From assembly GCA_963666835.2 (NCBI GenBank), contig CAXXGO010000006.1, forward strand, positions 1,536,001 through 1,600,000: a stretch of 64,000 nucleotides of DNA, written 5' to 3'. Origin of the DNA: Phycisphaerae bacterium. Its GTDB lineage: Bacteria > Planctomycetota > Phycisphaerae > UBA1845. The notes below the pieces were generated by a model, which was not told the DNA's origin, searched no databases, and saw only the letters and a list, made by a program, of their open reading frames with translations. Below are positions 19,347 to 29,706 of the stretch, piece after piece (the first letter of the stretch is position 1; each line of letters begins with the position of its first letter). The position numbers were made by a program, and so were the translations under genes.

Positions 19347-21273
19347 GAAAGCGCCGGTAAGCCGGTGAGGAGTAGTGGATGAGAGAGCCATACGGTGAAG
19401 GAATAGCGAACCACACCGACCCCGAGTCATACTGTGGTGTCCGCAAGGGCATGGCGGGAGCGTTGACAGGGGCACGTGCGGGCCGGCCATTGAGCCGTGA
19501 AAGCCTTTTACTCCGGAGTGCCGACGCCGTCCCCCAAGGCGGAAGGCAACACCGGAGGGCGTCGTTAACGCGAGACGCCTTTCGGACTCCGCGCGGTCTT
19601 AGAACCCGAGCACGCACGGAAACTCCTCACGCGGAACCCGGGAGATCCCGCGTTCGGCCTCGAACATGGCATCGAGGTCCGCAGTGTGAATCCATAGGAG
19701 CACGACACTGATGCACGGGCGCGGGAAGTCGGACAGGCCCATAGTACCGAAGAAGACTGCGAACAACGGTGATCCCCCGGCGGGGAGGTCGTCCGCGGAG
19801 CAGTTGGAGGAAAGGGGCCTGGCCAAGGGCAACTCGATTCGACACGACAGGCACCGTACGCAGAGCCGGGATCGTCTGCAAAGCGGGTTGGATCGGGTAC
19901 GACAGGCAGCGGTAAAGGATAAGGATTTACAGTTCACCACGCTTTGGCACCATGTCTATGATGTCGCTCGCCTCCGGGAGGCGTACTTGAGCCTCAAGCA
20001 TGCTTCGGCACCGGGGATGGACGGCATGACATGGGAGGCGTACGGCAGGGACCTAGAAGAACACCTCTTGGATCTGTCGGCACGTCTACAGCGCGGAGCG
20101 TACCGAGCGAGGCCGGTCAAGCGGGTCTACATTCCGAAACCCGATGGACGGCAGAGACCAATAGGGATTCCCGTGTTGGAAGACAAGATCGTCCAACGGG
20201 CGATGACCGATGTGCTCTCGGCTGTCTACGAGGCAGACTTCCTCGGGTTCTCCTACGGATTTCGACCAGGACGGGACGCCCATCAGGCGTTAAGTGCCCT
20301 GACTGTCGGCATCGAGAGGAAGAAGGTGAATTGGGTGCTGGATGCAGACATTCGTGGATTCTTCGATGCCATAGACCACGATTGGCTGATCAAGTTCGTC
20401 GAGCACCGGATCGCAGACCAGCGTGTCGTGCGTCACGTGAAGAAGTGGCTGAACGCCGGCGTGCTGGAGGACGGGTGTCGAAGGGACACGGAGACGGGGA
20501 CGCCGCAGGGGGGCAGTATCAGCCCGCTATTGGCGAACATCTATCTCCATTACGCCTTCGACTTATGGGCCCGCCAATGGCGACGGACGCAAGCTCACGG
20601 AGAGGTGATTATCGTGAGATATGCGGACGACTTCGTGGTGGGATTTCAACAGCGAGAGGATGCCGAGCGGTTTCGGGATGAGCTGACGGATCGCCTCCGG
20701 AAGTTCAAGCTGGAGCTACATGCGGACAAGACTCGTCTGATTGAGTTCGGCCGTTTTGCGTCGACCAATCGCAAGCGAGAAGGCCGCGGCAAACCGGCGA
20801 CCTTCGAGTTTCTGGGTTTTCGCCACATCTGTGGCAAGACCCGGCGTGGGAGGTTCACGGTACTACGGCAGACTGTCGCGAAACGACGGCGTGCGAAGCT
20901 CAAAGCGATTAAGCAAGAGCTTCGGCGACGTATGCATGCCCCCGTCCGAGAGGTGGGCGCGTATTTGCGGGCGGTGGTTCGCGGGTACTATCAGTATTAT
21001 GCGGTACCGCGGAACTACCCGGCCTTAACGGCATTTCGGGATGAGGTTGTCCGTCTTTGGCGCTGGACGCTCCGGCGTCGCAGCGAGAAGACTCGGATTA
21101 CCTGGGCCCGCATGAACCGTTTGGCCAAGCAGTGGATACCTGCTCCCAAAATCCTACATCCTTACCCCGACCGACACCTGGCCGTTATGACCCAAGGCAG
21201 GAGCCCAGTGCGGTAGTCCCGCACGCTGGGATCTGTGGAGGGGGTCCCGGGTAACCGGGATTCCTACTCCGAC
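19347..21273 (+). mobile_element. group II intron
   Basis: RT ORF; domain V (GAGCCCAGTGCGGTAGTCCCGCACGCTGGGATCTG) and domain VI ending CCTACTCCGAC; boundaries fixed by the intact upstream repeat copy. Confidence 0.9.
19711..21216 (+). CDS. ltrA: group II intron reverse transcriptase/maturase (no endonuclease domain seen)
   Basis: YIPKPDGRQRPIGIP, SYGFRPGR, DADIRGFFD, GTPQGGSISPLLANIYL, RYADDF; true start may be further downstream. Confidence 0.93.
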   Translation: MHGRGKSDRPIVPKKTANNGDPPAGRSSAEQLEERGLAKGNSIRHDRHRTQSRDRLQSGLDRVRQAAVKDKDLQFTTLWHHVYDVARLREAYLSLKHASAPGMDGMTWEAYGRDLEEHLLDLSARLQRGAYRARPVKRVYIPKPDGRQRPIGIPVLEDKIVQRAMTDVLSAVYEADFLGFSYGFRPGRDAHQALSALTVGIERKKVNWVLDADIRGFFDAIDHDWLIKFVEHRIADQRVVRHVKKWLNAGVLEDGCRRDTETGTPQGGSISPLLANIYLHYAFDLWARQWRRTQAHGEVIIVRYADDFVVGFQQREDAERFRDELTDRLRKFKLELHADKTRLIEFGRFASTNRKREGRGKPATFEFLGFRHICGKTRRGRFTVLRQTVAKRRRAKLKAIKQELRRRMHAPVREVGAYLRAVVRGYYQYYAVPRNYPALTAFRDEVVRLWRWTLRRRSEKTRITWARMNRLAKQWIPAPKILHPYPDRHLAVMTQGRSPVR

Positions 21274-21548
21274 ACTGATCGTCGAATGCCAGCCCTTCGC
21301 GGGGTCTCATCCATCCCCCACCCATTCCGGCGGTGAGTTAACGTGCTTGCCGCAGCTCAGCAAACGCCGGAATGGATGGGGCACCCGCGCTTTCTGTGCA
21401 AGCTGGGCTCACGTGTTTCAGGGTTCCGAGGCACGAGCGGTTGACTTACGTGAGTTTATGCCCACAACATGAGTATGAACGGGTGTTCCCTCGCCGGGTG
21501 GCCCATCGCTTCAGCGGTGGGGGACGCCGTTGCCCGAGAGGCGAGCTG

Positions 21549-22658
21549 ATGGCCGAGGACTCCGCTGCCGATTCGCCGTTGCTGGATGTCCAGGACCTTC
21601 GCGTTACGTTTGCGAATGACGTGCGGGAAGTGCCGGTTGTGGACGGGGTCTCGCTGCGCGTTCCGCGCGGGAGAACCGTGGCGCTGGTCGGTGAGAGCGG
21701 CTGCGGCAAAAGTGTCACGGCGCTGTCGATAATGCGGCTGATTCCGCAGCCGCCCGGGCGGATTGCCGCCGGACGAGTGCTGCTGGCCGATCACCGTTCG
21801 GCGGAGCCCGTCGATTTGCTTCAACTGCCCGAACGGGAGATGCCCGCGGTCCGTGGTAAGCGCGTGGCCATGATCTTCCAAGAGCCCTTCGCGTCGTTGA
21901 CCCCGGTGTATTCGATTGGCGATCAGCTTATCGAGGCATTGACGTTACATCGGGCGATGCACGGAAGTGCCGCCCGTGCCGCGGCCGTCGAGCTGCTCGA
22001 CCGGGTCGGGATCGGCGAGCCCGCCCAGCGCCTGCGCGAGTATCCGCACCAGCTTTCCGGGGGTATGTGCCAACGGGTGATGATTGCGATGGCTCTGGCC
22101 GGCCGGCCGGAGCTGCTGATTGCCGATGAGCCGACTACCGCTCTCGACGTCACCGTGCAGTTGCAGATTCTCGATCTTATGCGGTCGCTACAGGCCCAGA
22201 CCGGTATGGGTATTATCATGATTACGCACGATTTGGGCGTGGTGGCCGAGGTCGCGGATTACGTCTACGTGATGTACGCGGGGCGGATTGTTGAACACGC
22301 CCCGACCGCGTCGCTGTTGACTCATCCGCTGCACCCGTACACGAACGGTCTGCTCCGTTGCATCCCGCGGCTGGACGATGATCGTGATCGCCTCGAAGTA
22401 ATCCCCGGCCGCGTCCCCGATCCCGCCGATCTTCCCGCCGGCTGCCCGTTCCACCCGCGTTGTGATCTTGCCGCCCGGCTGGCTGAGAGTGCGGGCAAGG
22501 AGGCCGCCGACAAGAAGACCGCGGCAACTTGCGCGTCGACCGGTTGTGAGGTCCTTTCGCGCTGTGCGGGCGTCGGTTCTGGGGAATCCGCCGGCCCACC
22601 TGGCTTGACCGAGATTGCGGAAGGCCACTGCGTTGCCTGCTGGGAAGCGCACTCATGA
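21549..22658 (+). CDS. oligopeptide/dipeptide ABC transporter ATP-binding protein (OppD-like)
   Basis: GESGCGKS, LSGGMCQR, LLIADEPTTALD, C-terminal GCPFHPRC...VAC. Confidence 0.92.
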   Translation: MAEDSAADSPLLDVQDLRVTFANDVREVPVVDGVSLRVPRGRTVALVGESGCGKSVTALSIMRLIPQPPGRIAAGRVLLADHRSAEPVDLLQLPEREMPAVRGKRVAMIFQEPFASLTPVYSIGDQLIEALTLHRAMHGSAARAAAVELLDRVGIGEPAQRLREYPHQLSGGMCQRVMIAMALAGRPELLIADEPTTALDVTVQLQILDLMRSLQAQTGMGIIMITHDLGVVAEVADYVYVMYAGRIVEHAPTASLLTHPLHPYTNGLLRCIPRLDDDRDRLEVIPGRVPDPADLPAGCPFHPRCDLAARLAESAGKEAADKKTAATCASTGCEVLSRCAGVGSGESAGPPGLTEIAEGHCVACWEAHS

Positions 22659-22964
22659 TTGCCAATCGGTGTCGGTCGGCCGGCTGGTCCATCTCCTTGG
22701 AGGCGGGGGGCGAACTGCCAAAGCTGGTAGGGCACGGTCGAGGTACGAGACCTGCCACAAAGGTTCGCATCGCGCGAAGATCTGTCTTGACCGAGATTGC
22801 GGAAGGCCACTCCGTGGTCTGTTGGGAAGCGCACTCATGATTGCCAATTGGTGTCGGTCGGCCGGCTGGTCCATCTCCTTGGAGGCGGGGGGCGAGCTGC
22901 CAAAGCTGGTAGGGCACGGTCGAGGTACGAGACCTGCCACAAAGGTTCGCATCGTGCGAAGATC
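22604..22964 (+). repeat. 182-bp tandem duplication including the ATPase 3' end
   Basis: CTTGACCGAGATTGCGGAAGGCCAC...GAAGATC starts at both 22604 and 22786. Confidence 0.88.
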
Positions 22965-23557
22965 ACGGCAGGTCTCGTTCCTCGACGCTGCCCTACACCC
23001 GGCTGCGCCGCCCCGTAGCGCAGGCTTCCAACCTGCCCCCGTGGTTTGTGGCATGGGCCGGGTGGTCCTTTGGGACTTAGCTGGTAGGGCACGGTCGAGG
23101 TACGAGACCTGCCACAAAGGCGCGCATCGCGCGAAGATCACGGCAGGTCTCGTGCCTCGACGCTGCCCTACACTCGCCTGCGCCGCCCCGTGGCGCAGGC
23201 TTCCAACCTGCCCCCGTGGTTCGTGGCATGGGCCGGGTGGTCCTTTGGGACTTAGCTGGTAGGGCACGGTCGAGGTACGAGACCTGCCACAAAGGCGCGC
23301 ATCGCGCGAAGATCACGGCAGGTCTCGTTCCTCGACGCTGCCCCACACCCGCCTGCGCCGCCCCGTGGCGCAGGCTTCCAACCTGCCCCCGTGGTTCGTG
23401 GCATGGGCCGGGTGGTCCTTTGGGACTCAGCTGGTAGGGCACGGTCGAGGTACGAGACCTGCCACAGAGGCTCGCATCGCGCGAAGATCACGGCAGGTCT
23501 CGTACCTCGACGCTGCCCTACACCCGCCTACGTTGCCCCGCAGCGCAGGCTTCCAAC

Positions 23558-25094
23558 CAATAGTGTCCGGGATTCTCGGGGGAGTTCGGGGCGGTGGGCG
23601 CGGGCCCTCAGAAGGCGTGCAGCCAACCTAACATAAACCAAACTTGCGCCCAGCCTCACTTTGTGCTCTACTCTGGGCACGATGACGCGCAGGCGAAAGA
23701 AAGCCCAGAAAGCAGAGGAGAAGCGCAAAAGGCGTGCGCGCCGGGCCAAGTTGCCGCCCGATTTGATCGGAATCCGCTACACACGATTGATCGAAGACTA
23801 CCTCGAACACCTCCATGACCAGCCGGCCCACGCCAACCGGGACGTGTTCTACGATCAACTGGTGGTGGCTCACCTGTTGGCCTTCTTCAACCCGTCGGTT
23901 ACAGGCCTGCGCAGCATCGAGGATCTCTTCGAACATCCTCGGATTCGAAAGCGGTATGGAATCCCTCGGATGCCCAAGAGCACAGTCTCCGACGCCCAGA
24001 AGGTCTTCGACCCGGCCCTACTGCTGCCGTTGATCGACTCGCTTGTGGAGCGTGCCGACATCCAACCACATGACAACCGCCTGGATAGCCTGACACAGAA
24101 GCTCCTGGCCGTCGACGGCACCTTCTTCGCGGTGGCTCCGCGAATCGCCTGGGCGTTGTACAACCAATCCGAGAAGAAGGGGGTCCGTAAGGGCCAGATC
24201 CGCGTGCACGTCGATTTCGATGTCCTCAAGGGCGTTCCCGAATGTTGCACGGTCACGGATGGACAGATGCGTGAAGCCAAGGTGCTCGGAACGCATCTTG
24301 AGCCCGATTGCCTGTACGTCATGGACCGCGGTTTTCAATCGTATGGCCTCCTCGAGGAAATCATTAAGGTCAAGAGTTCCTTCGTCGTGCGTTTGCGTAA
24401 GAACGTGCATACCAATTCCGTAAGGGTCAAACCGCTCAGCGATGAGGATGTGGCCGCAGGTGTTGCGATCGACACCGAGGTTACCTTGGGCGTTGATCCC
24501 GAGGCGCACGACTTACCGCGTTTACGTGAGGTAGTGGTCGAGTTCACCGACCGCGAAGGTAAACAGAAGCGGATGCGTTTGCTTACGGACTTGTTGGACA
24601 TCCCGGCCTGGATGATCGCGCTGATCTACCAGCACCGGTGGCAAGTAGAGCTGTTCTTCCGATGGCTGAAGAGTTCTGCGAGTTTCCAGCATTTCTTCTC
24701 GGAAGACGAATCCGGGATGACCGTGCAGGTCTACGTGATGATGGTGGCGTTGCTGCTGATCGCGGTCGAGACTGGCTCGCGGCCATCGAAATACGACTTT
24801 GTGATTGTCTCAGCCGTAGTTTCCGGGTTAATGCCGCGGCAAGGATCGTTCGAGATTGCTGAGCGACGGCGTCGTGAACGCCGCCGCGCCGCCGAACGGC
24901 AACGCGAAAAAAACAGGAAGTAGCGTTCCGCGCCGGTCCGCAGCCCGACCAGCGCGGCTATCGGTATGCGCCGAGTAAGGCAGCTTGCGCCCGTCGCTCC
25001 ACGGGGCCTGCGCCGCCCGCGCACCGCCTCAGCTCGCGGCTCACGCCAGCGAGCCCGGATCCGCCGTGAAATCAACGGGTTCCGGACATTATTG
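23558..25094 (+). mobile_element. IS4-family insertion sequence
   Basis: Terminal IRs CAATAGTGTCCGG / CCGGACATTATTG; 9-bp TSD GCTTCCAAC at 23549-23557 and 25095-25103. Confidence 0.93.
23682..24923 (+). CDS. IS4-family DDE transposase
   Basis: AVDGT, VMDRGF, YQHRWQVELFFRWLK (YREK motif). Confidence 0.93.
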   Translation: MTRRRKKAQKAEEKRKRRARRAKLPPDLIGIRYTRLIEDYLEHLHDQPAHANRDVFYDQLVVAHLLAFFNPSVTGLRSIEDLFEHPRIRKRYGIPRMPKSTVSDAQKVFDPALLLPLIDSLVERADIQPHDNRLDSLTQKLLAVDGTFFAVAPRIAWALYNQSEKKGVRKGQIRVHVDFDVLKGVPECCTVTDGQMREAKVLGTHLEPDCLYVMDRGFQSYGLLEEIIKVKSSFVVRLRKNVHTNSVRVKPLSDEDVAAGVAIDTEVTLGVDPEAHDLPRLREVVVEFTDREGKQKRMRLLTDLLDIPAWMIALIYQHRWQVELFFRWLKSSASFQHFFSEDESGMTVQVYVMMVALLLIAVETGSRPSKYDFVIVSAVVSGLMPRQGSFEIAERRRRERRRAAERQREKNRK

Positions 25095-25541
25095 GCTTCC
25101 AACCTGCCCCCGTGGTTCGTGGCATGGGCCGGGTGGTCCTTTGGGACTTAGCTGGTAGGGCACGGTCGAGGCACGAGACCTGCCACAGAGGCTCGCATCG
25201 CGCGAAGATCACGGCAGGTCTCGTGCCTCGACGCTGCCCTACACCCGGCTGCGCCGCCCCGTAGCGCAGGCTTCCAACCTGCCCCCGTGGTTTGTGGCAT
25301 GGGCCGGGTGGTCCTTTGGGACTTAGCTGGTAGGGCACGGTCAAGGCACGAGACCTGCCACAGAGGCTCGCATCGCGCGAAGATCACGGCAGGTCTCGTA
25401 CCTCGACGCTGCCCTACACCCGCCTACGTTGCCCCGCAGCGCAGGCTTCCAACCTGCCCCCGTGGAACAAGCCCTGGTTGTTCTCCACATTATTCGACGC
25501 ATGTACCAACCACAGCCGTTTGATCTTCGATCGCGATTCTC

Positions 25542-25850
25542 CAGCCCGAAGGGCTCAGATGAAGTAGCCGGGGGCAAGTCCGCCATCGGCGGACGCCGCC
25601 CCCGGACCCGATCCCCACAACCTACCTTACCCCGGTAGGGGTCAAAATGCCTTGGGCGAATGCATCTCGCGAGTCCGCCATGTCTTTCGACGAGTTCTCG
25701 ATAAAACCGGATAGCGGAAACGGACGCGCGGCTCATCGACGCCGTCTGTTTCACCCTTCAGGGTGATTGCGGTTGTTGGGCTCCCACCGGGGGCGGCGGC
25801 CGCTGCGCGGCCTTGCCCCCGGCTATTACCTTGCAGACTTTCAGCCTGAA
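25542..25850. repeat. second REP-like inverted-repeat element
   Basis: TAGCCGGGGGCAAG..GCCGCCCCCGG near 25564 mirrors CCGGGGGCGGC..CTTGCCCCCGGCTA near 25787-25825. Confidence 0.55.
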
Positions 25851-26155
25851 CACCGAGCCGGCTTGCAGCTTGTCAGGCTCTTGGCCTTAGCACGCGTCCC
25901 GCCGAATCGGCAAACGCTCGAGCCAATGCCGCCCGGACGTGGGGGAGCCGATGACGAACATCGCGTCCAGTCTCTCGATCCTCGCCCGGGCAGCCACCAG
26001 ACGTGACGTCGTCCACGCCGGGGTATTGTGCTACACTGGCCACAAGTCGAAATCGGGGTGGGACCTAGTTTCTGAAGGCGGGCCGCGTTGGGGTGGCAGC
26101 GGGCCGGTCTTCATGGGTCGTTTACCCCGGCGACCTGCGGAGGACAATCGCGACC

Positions 26156-27250
26156 ATGAGATTCCGTATCCATTGGGTACTCGGGACGGCTATCGTGGTT
26201 ATGGTCTGCCTGATCCCGCTGCTGCTTTGGGCGTATGAGATCGACCTCGTCTCGCAGGTCATTGCGGTGACCATCGCAGTGGCGAGCGTGGCCGCCCTTG
26301 CCACCTTGGCGTTCAGCCGGGTCAAGAGAACGTGCGAGAAGACCATCGACTCGCCGGTTCAAGGCGACGCGAGCACGCCGGGCGACATTCCGGACGACGT
26401 CTTCTGCCCGGCGTGCAGCTACAGCCTTCGTGGCGCTCCCGGGGGGAAGTGTCCGGAATGTGGTTACGGGCTGGCGAGTATAAGATCAGGCGTCTGCCGA
26501 ATCCCGTGGGTCCGGCGGCGAGAGATAGGGCGGTTTCGCAGTTTCTGGTCTACCGTGTGGATGGTAATCGTCCGCCACAAGACCTTCTGCGAGGAGTTCG
26601 CTCACGCGGTCAACTTCTCCGATGCACGCGCCTTCCGCTGCGTATCCGTTCTGCACGTATACATCCCCGTGCTGCTGGCTACCCTTCTTTTATACGCCAC
26701 AGTGCCGCCTTGGTCTGAAGTCGGCAACCCGATCTGGCAAGTCGCGGTGACGGGTGCGGTGAAGTACGGTTCGTCCTTTTTTGACCGGGTCTACATAGAA
26801 GTCTGGCCGGCGGCGCTGCTGCACGTTTGCTTCCTAATGCTCCTGTTCGCCGCCACCTCGGAACCCAGCTACTTCGTTCGGGCGAAGTCAGCGAGTGCTC
26901 GACGACAACACAACATCATGGCGATGAGCTACTACACTTGCGGCTCACTCGCGCTGATGTCTGTTCTGTGTGGGGGCATTCTGGTAGTCCTCGGTCTCAT
27001 ATCGATTGACGGGAGCCGGTCGGTCGGCGGAGCGTGGGCTTGCGGGGTGGCCGGGGGAGTCGCCGTGGCGATCTGGTGGTGGAACCTGGTCCGCCTGGTC
27101 CGGCGGACAATGCCGCAGTTGCGAAAGAAGGCCGCGATCTTAACGTTCGGCGTTCCCGCTACGTGGCTTGGCCTGAGCATTCTGTATCTGATCGTGCTGC
27201 CCTCGATCGTGTCGTTCGTTCTTGTCGTCGTTTTCAGTCTCGCGGATTGA
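26156..27250 (+). CDS. multi-pass membrane protein with zinc ribbon
   Basis: CPACSYSLRG...CPECG motif; several hydrophobic helices. Confidence 0.8.
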   Translation: MRFRIHWVLGTAIVVMVCLIPLLLWAYEIDLVSQVIAVTIAVASVAALATLAFSRVKRTCEKTIDSPVQGDASTPGDIPDDVFCPACSYSLRGAPGGKCPECGYGLASIRSGVCRIPWVRRREIGRFRSFWSTVWMVIVRHKTFCEEFAHAVNFSDARAFRCVSVLHVYIPVLLATLLLYATVPPWSEVGNPIWQVAVTGAVKYGSSFFDRVYIEVWPAALLHVCFLMLLFAATSEPSYFVRAKSASARRQHNIMAMSYYTCGSLALMSVLCGGILVVLGLISIDGSRSVGGAWACGVAGGVAVAIWWWNLVRLVRRTMPQLRKKAAILTFGVPATWLGLSILYLIVLPSIVSFVLVVVFSLAD

Positions 27251-27260
27251 CGCGTCGGCA

Positions 27261-28682
27261 TCAAGATTCAGGTTTGCCGTCGAGGTAGAAGGGGATGTCA
27301 CTTTCTTCCATGTTGCGACTGCCATCCGGCTTCAGGATCTCCTGGCCTTTGTGGTCGCGACCGTCGAAGCCGACGCTGTACAGAAGGGCCGGATCGGCGG
27401 CCGGTAGGTAGCCGAGTTTCGCGCCGTCGGCGGAGAACGGATCTTGCGGCACCGTGTGCAGGTAGTGCGGAACGAGATCGGCAAGCTCCGCCGGTCGTTT
27501 TCGATGATCCACCTCATACAACCGGATCGCCAGAGCGACGGCAGCCATGCGCCTCCTCGCGAGAAACTCGAAGAAGGACCGCACGCTCAGTTGCACACTG
27601 GCGGAGCTAGTGCCGAATGGCGTAAACGTGATCGGGTGCGTTAGCCTGTACATCAGGTGGGCGCTGACCGGCTCATCATGAAAACGACGATCCGCCTCGC
27701 GCCAGGTTGGCTCCGCGACCGCCTCCGATGCAAGTGTGTCGCAATGTACTTCCCGCCCGATGTCCAATACCAACACGGGATGGAATGTGAAGTCCACTAT
27801 ATGCTTGAGCGGCTTGATCCCCAACAGGGAACCGAGACTCTGCGGTGCTACGGCATCAAGCAGACCGCAGGTCTCCAAAGTGTCCAAGAGCAAGGACCGA
27901 GAGCCGAGGTAAGCCTGAACCTCATTCTTTCGCGCTAACCGCTCGGACACCAGTTCGCGGACCAGCTCTTCAACTTGCTCACGCGCTGCGGGCGTTAGGG
28001 TCTCTTCGGACTCGTGCGCGCGGCCAGCGACCCTCAGGATACTGCCATACTCCTCGATCAGTCTGAACTCCATGTCCAAGTACGCTTGAGCGAGCATGGG
28101 TGATATCATCGCGGGGTGAGCACCGACCGCTTCAGTGAATGCTAGAAGGTCCCGCAGTGTAGCCACTGCGCTTGCGTGATCGCCGGTTCGGAAACTGTGA
28201 GCAGCGACAAACCACAGGAACCTCGCAAAAGAGAGCTGTCGGTGGGCGCTTAATACTCCCGCTGTGGGTTGTCCAAGTTTCTTGGTCCACGCCACGTCCG
28301 GCAGTTGCCGAGCCTGGCGAACAAGGGCGAGCACCTCGGCGTTGCTCTCCATCAGCTCCCGCGCGTCGGAAGCGTTCTTCTCGAAGCTGCTCGGCTCGTA
28401 GAAGAACGTGGAGGCGTCGATGCCGGACGCCGTCGTTGGGACATACTTGTCCATCGCTTTCTCGAGCAGGACCGCGGCGTTGCGGCTTTCCTCAACGGCA
28501 TCCAACTGGGCGTTGAATTCCGCTGCGTAGACAAGCTGACCGGCCGCCCGGTATTGCTCGATCTGCCGGGCCAGCCGTTGGTTCGCCGCGAACCCCCAGA
28601 GTCCCCGCAGCAGGATCAGACCCACTACGATGAGGCCGGTGCCGATGGCGAGTCGCCTCCGCCACGTGAGCCGGCGTCTCAT
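27261..28682 (-). CDS. hypothetical membrane-anchored protein
   Basis: N-terminal TM helix; C-terminal ALAIRLY...LADLVPHYL..VPQDPF...LYSVGFDG resembling a pseudopilin-like tail; start uncertain because the ORF extends into a REP. Confidence 0.75.
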   Translation of the reverse strand: MRRRLTWRRRLAIGTGLIVVGLILLRGLWGFAANQRLARQIEQYRAAGQLVYAAEFNAQLDAVEESRNAAVLLEKAMDKYVPTTASGIDASTFFYEPSSFEKNASDARELMESNAEVLALVRQARQLPDVAWTKKLGQPTAGVLSAHRQLSFARFLWFVAAHSFRTGDHASAVATLRDLLAFTEAVGAHPAMISPMLAQAYLDMEFRLIEEYGSILRVAGRAHESEETLTPAAREQVEELVRELVSERLARKNEVQAYLGSRSLLLDTLETCGLLDAVAPQSLGSLLGIKPLKHIVDFTFHPVLVLDIGREVHCDTLASEAVAEPTWREADRRFHDEPVSAHLMYRLTHPITFTPFGTSSASVQLSVRSFFEFLARRRMAAVALAIRLYEVDHRKRPAELADLVPHYLHTVPQDPFSADGAKLGYLPAADPALLYSVGFDGRDHKGQEILKPDGSRNMEESDIPFYLDGKPES

Positions 28683-28883
28683 CCGAGAAAGGGAGCTGGG
28701 TCTGCGCGGTTTACCGCCGGCGGTACCGTGAGACGCCTGCGGTGAACCGCCTGTACCGTTGTCCAACGAACCGTCAGTTGGCGAGCCGCTGTTCGACGTC
28801 GATTCGTCTGAGCTGTTCTCGGTGGTATCGATGTTGTCCCGTCCTGCGAGCTTCGTGTTCGTGGATCCCAGTCTACTCGGTAT

Positions 28884-29058
28884 TCCAGAAAGCGAAAACT
28901 CTGTTGTCTTTCCTCGCCGGGTGGCCCACGTTGTCTTGGACTCAGCTGGTAGGGCACGGTCGAGGTACGAGACCTGCCACAAAGGCGCGCATCGCGCGAA
29001 GATCACGGCAGGTCTCGTTCCTCGACGCTGCCCTACACCCGCCTACGTCGCCCCGCAG
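28884..29058. repeat. single REPIN unit
   Basis: Same sequence as units of the 22.7-25.5 kb array. Confidence 0.88.
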
Positions 29059-29363
29059 CTTCCTGCAGGCACGATGCCTTCCGCGTGGCCCGTCCTCTTG
29101 GCCTTAGCGCGCGTCCCGCCCAGTCAAGAATCGCCCAACCCAAAGTCAACAGGACGCGGGGGAGCCGATGATGAACGGTGTCAACCGCTCCGATGTATTG
29201 TCGTCCCGTCAACGATCATCGGGTCCCCCACGTCCAGCGTGCGTTGCCCAGTGTGTTTCGCGGTATATCGAAGCAGACGCCAGGTTCAATAGGACATGGG
29301 CCACCCAACGCCGCGCTGTCGAACGCCACGGGTCAACAACTCACCCACCCATCTGGGTGCCGG

Positions 29364-29543
29364 TTATTCACCGTTCGGCATGCTGTCGTGCTTGTCAGGC
29401 GTACGCCGCTTTCGGCGGGCGGCTTCTCGGAGGATATACTCGATCTGGGCGTTCAGGCTGCGCAGTTCGTCCTTGGCCCACCGGTTCAGCTCGTCGAGCA
29501 AGTCCGGGGGAAGACGCAAGAGGAATGACTTTCGCTGAGCCAT
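29364..29543 (-). CDS. small Arc/ribbon-helix-helix-like protein (59 aa; not in the ORF track)
   Basis: Hand translation MAQRKSFLLRLPPDLLDELNRWAKDELRSLNAQIEYILREAARRK...; lies downstream of the SPFH gene. Confidence 0.85.
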   Translation of the reverse strand: MAQRKSFLLRLPPDLLDELNRWAKDELRSLNAQIEYILREAARRKRRTPDKHDSMPNGE

Positions 29544-29706
29544 GCTATCACCCGTTACCGGCTTCAGCGCCGCGAGCCCCGAGCTTCACGCCCGGGGCTC
29601 TCTTTCCGCCGCACGCCCGTATATCGCAATCCGGTTCGGGCACGCTGACTCACATTATGACGCTCTTATGGCACTATATTCGCCACCCTATGCCGCGCGT
29701 CCGAAC

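Larger units (their letters stand above)
19063..21345. repeat. 178-bp tandem repeat; second copy split by the intron
   Basis: Copy 1 is 19063-19240; copy 2 is 19241-19346 plus 21274-21345. Confidence 0.88.
22723..25462. repeat. GTAG-type REP/REPIN array (~175-bp units) interrupted by an IS
   Basis: GCTGGTAGGGCACGGTC(G/A)AGG.ACGAGACCTGCC recurs about seven times, mostly paired with an inverted GGCAGGTCTCGT.CCTCGACGCTGCCCTAC; second hairpin GCAGGCTTCCAACCTGC. Confidence 0.9.

Noticed and set aside
19711..21216. Retron, DGR or CRISPR-associated RT
   Set aside because: Has a maturase region and domains V/VI of a group II intron; the nearby repeat pair shows no adenine-specific variation pattern
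22723..25462. CRISPR array or short ORFs within the repeat cluster
   Set aside because: Whole 175-bp units repeat with no unique spacers; the ORFs are translations of REP sequence
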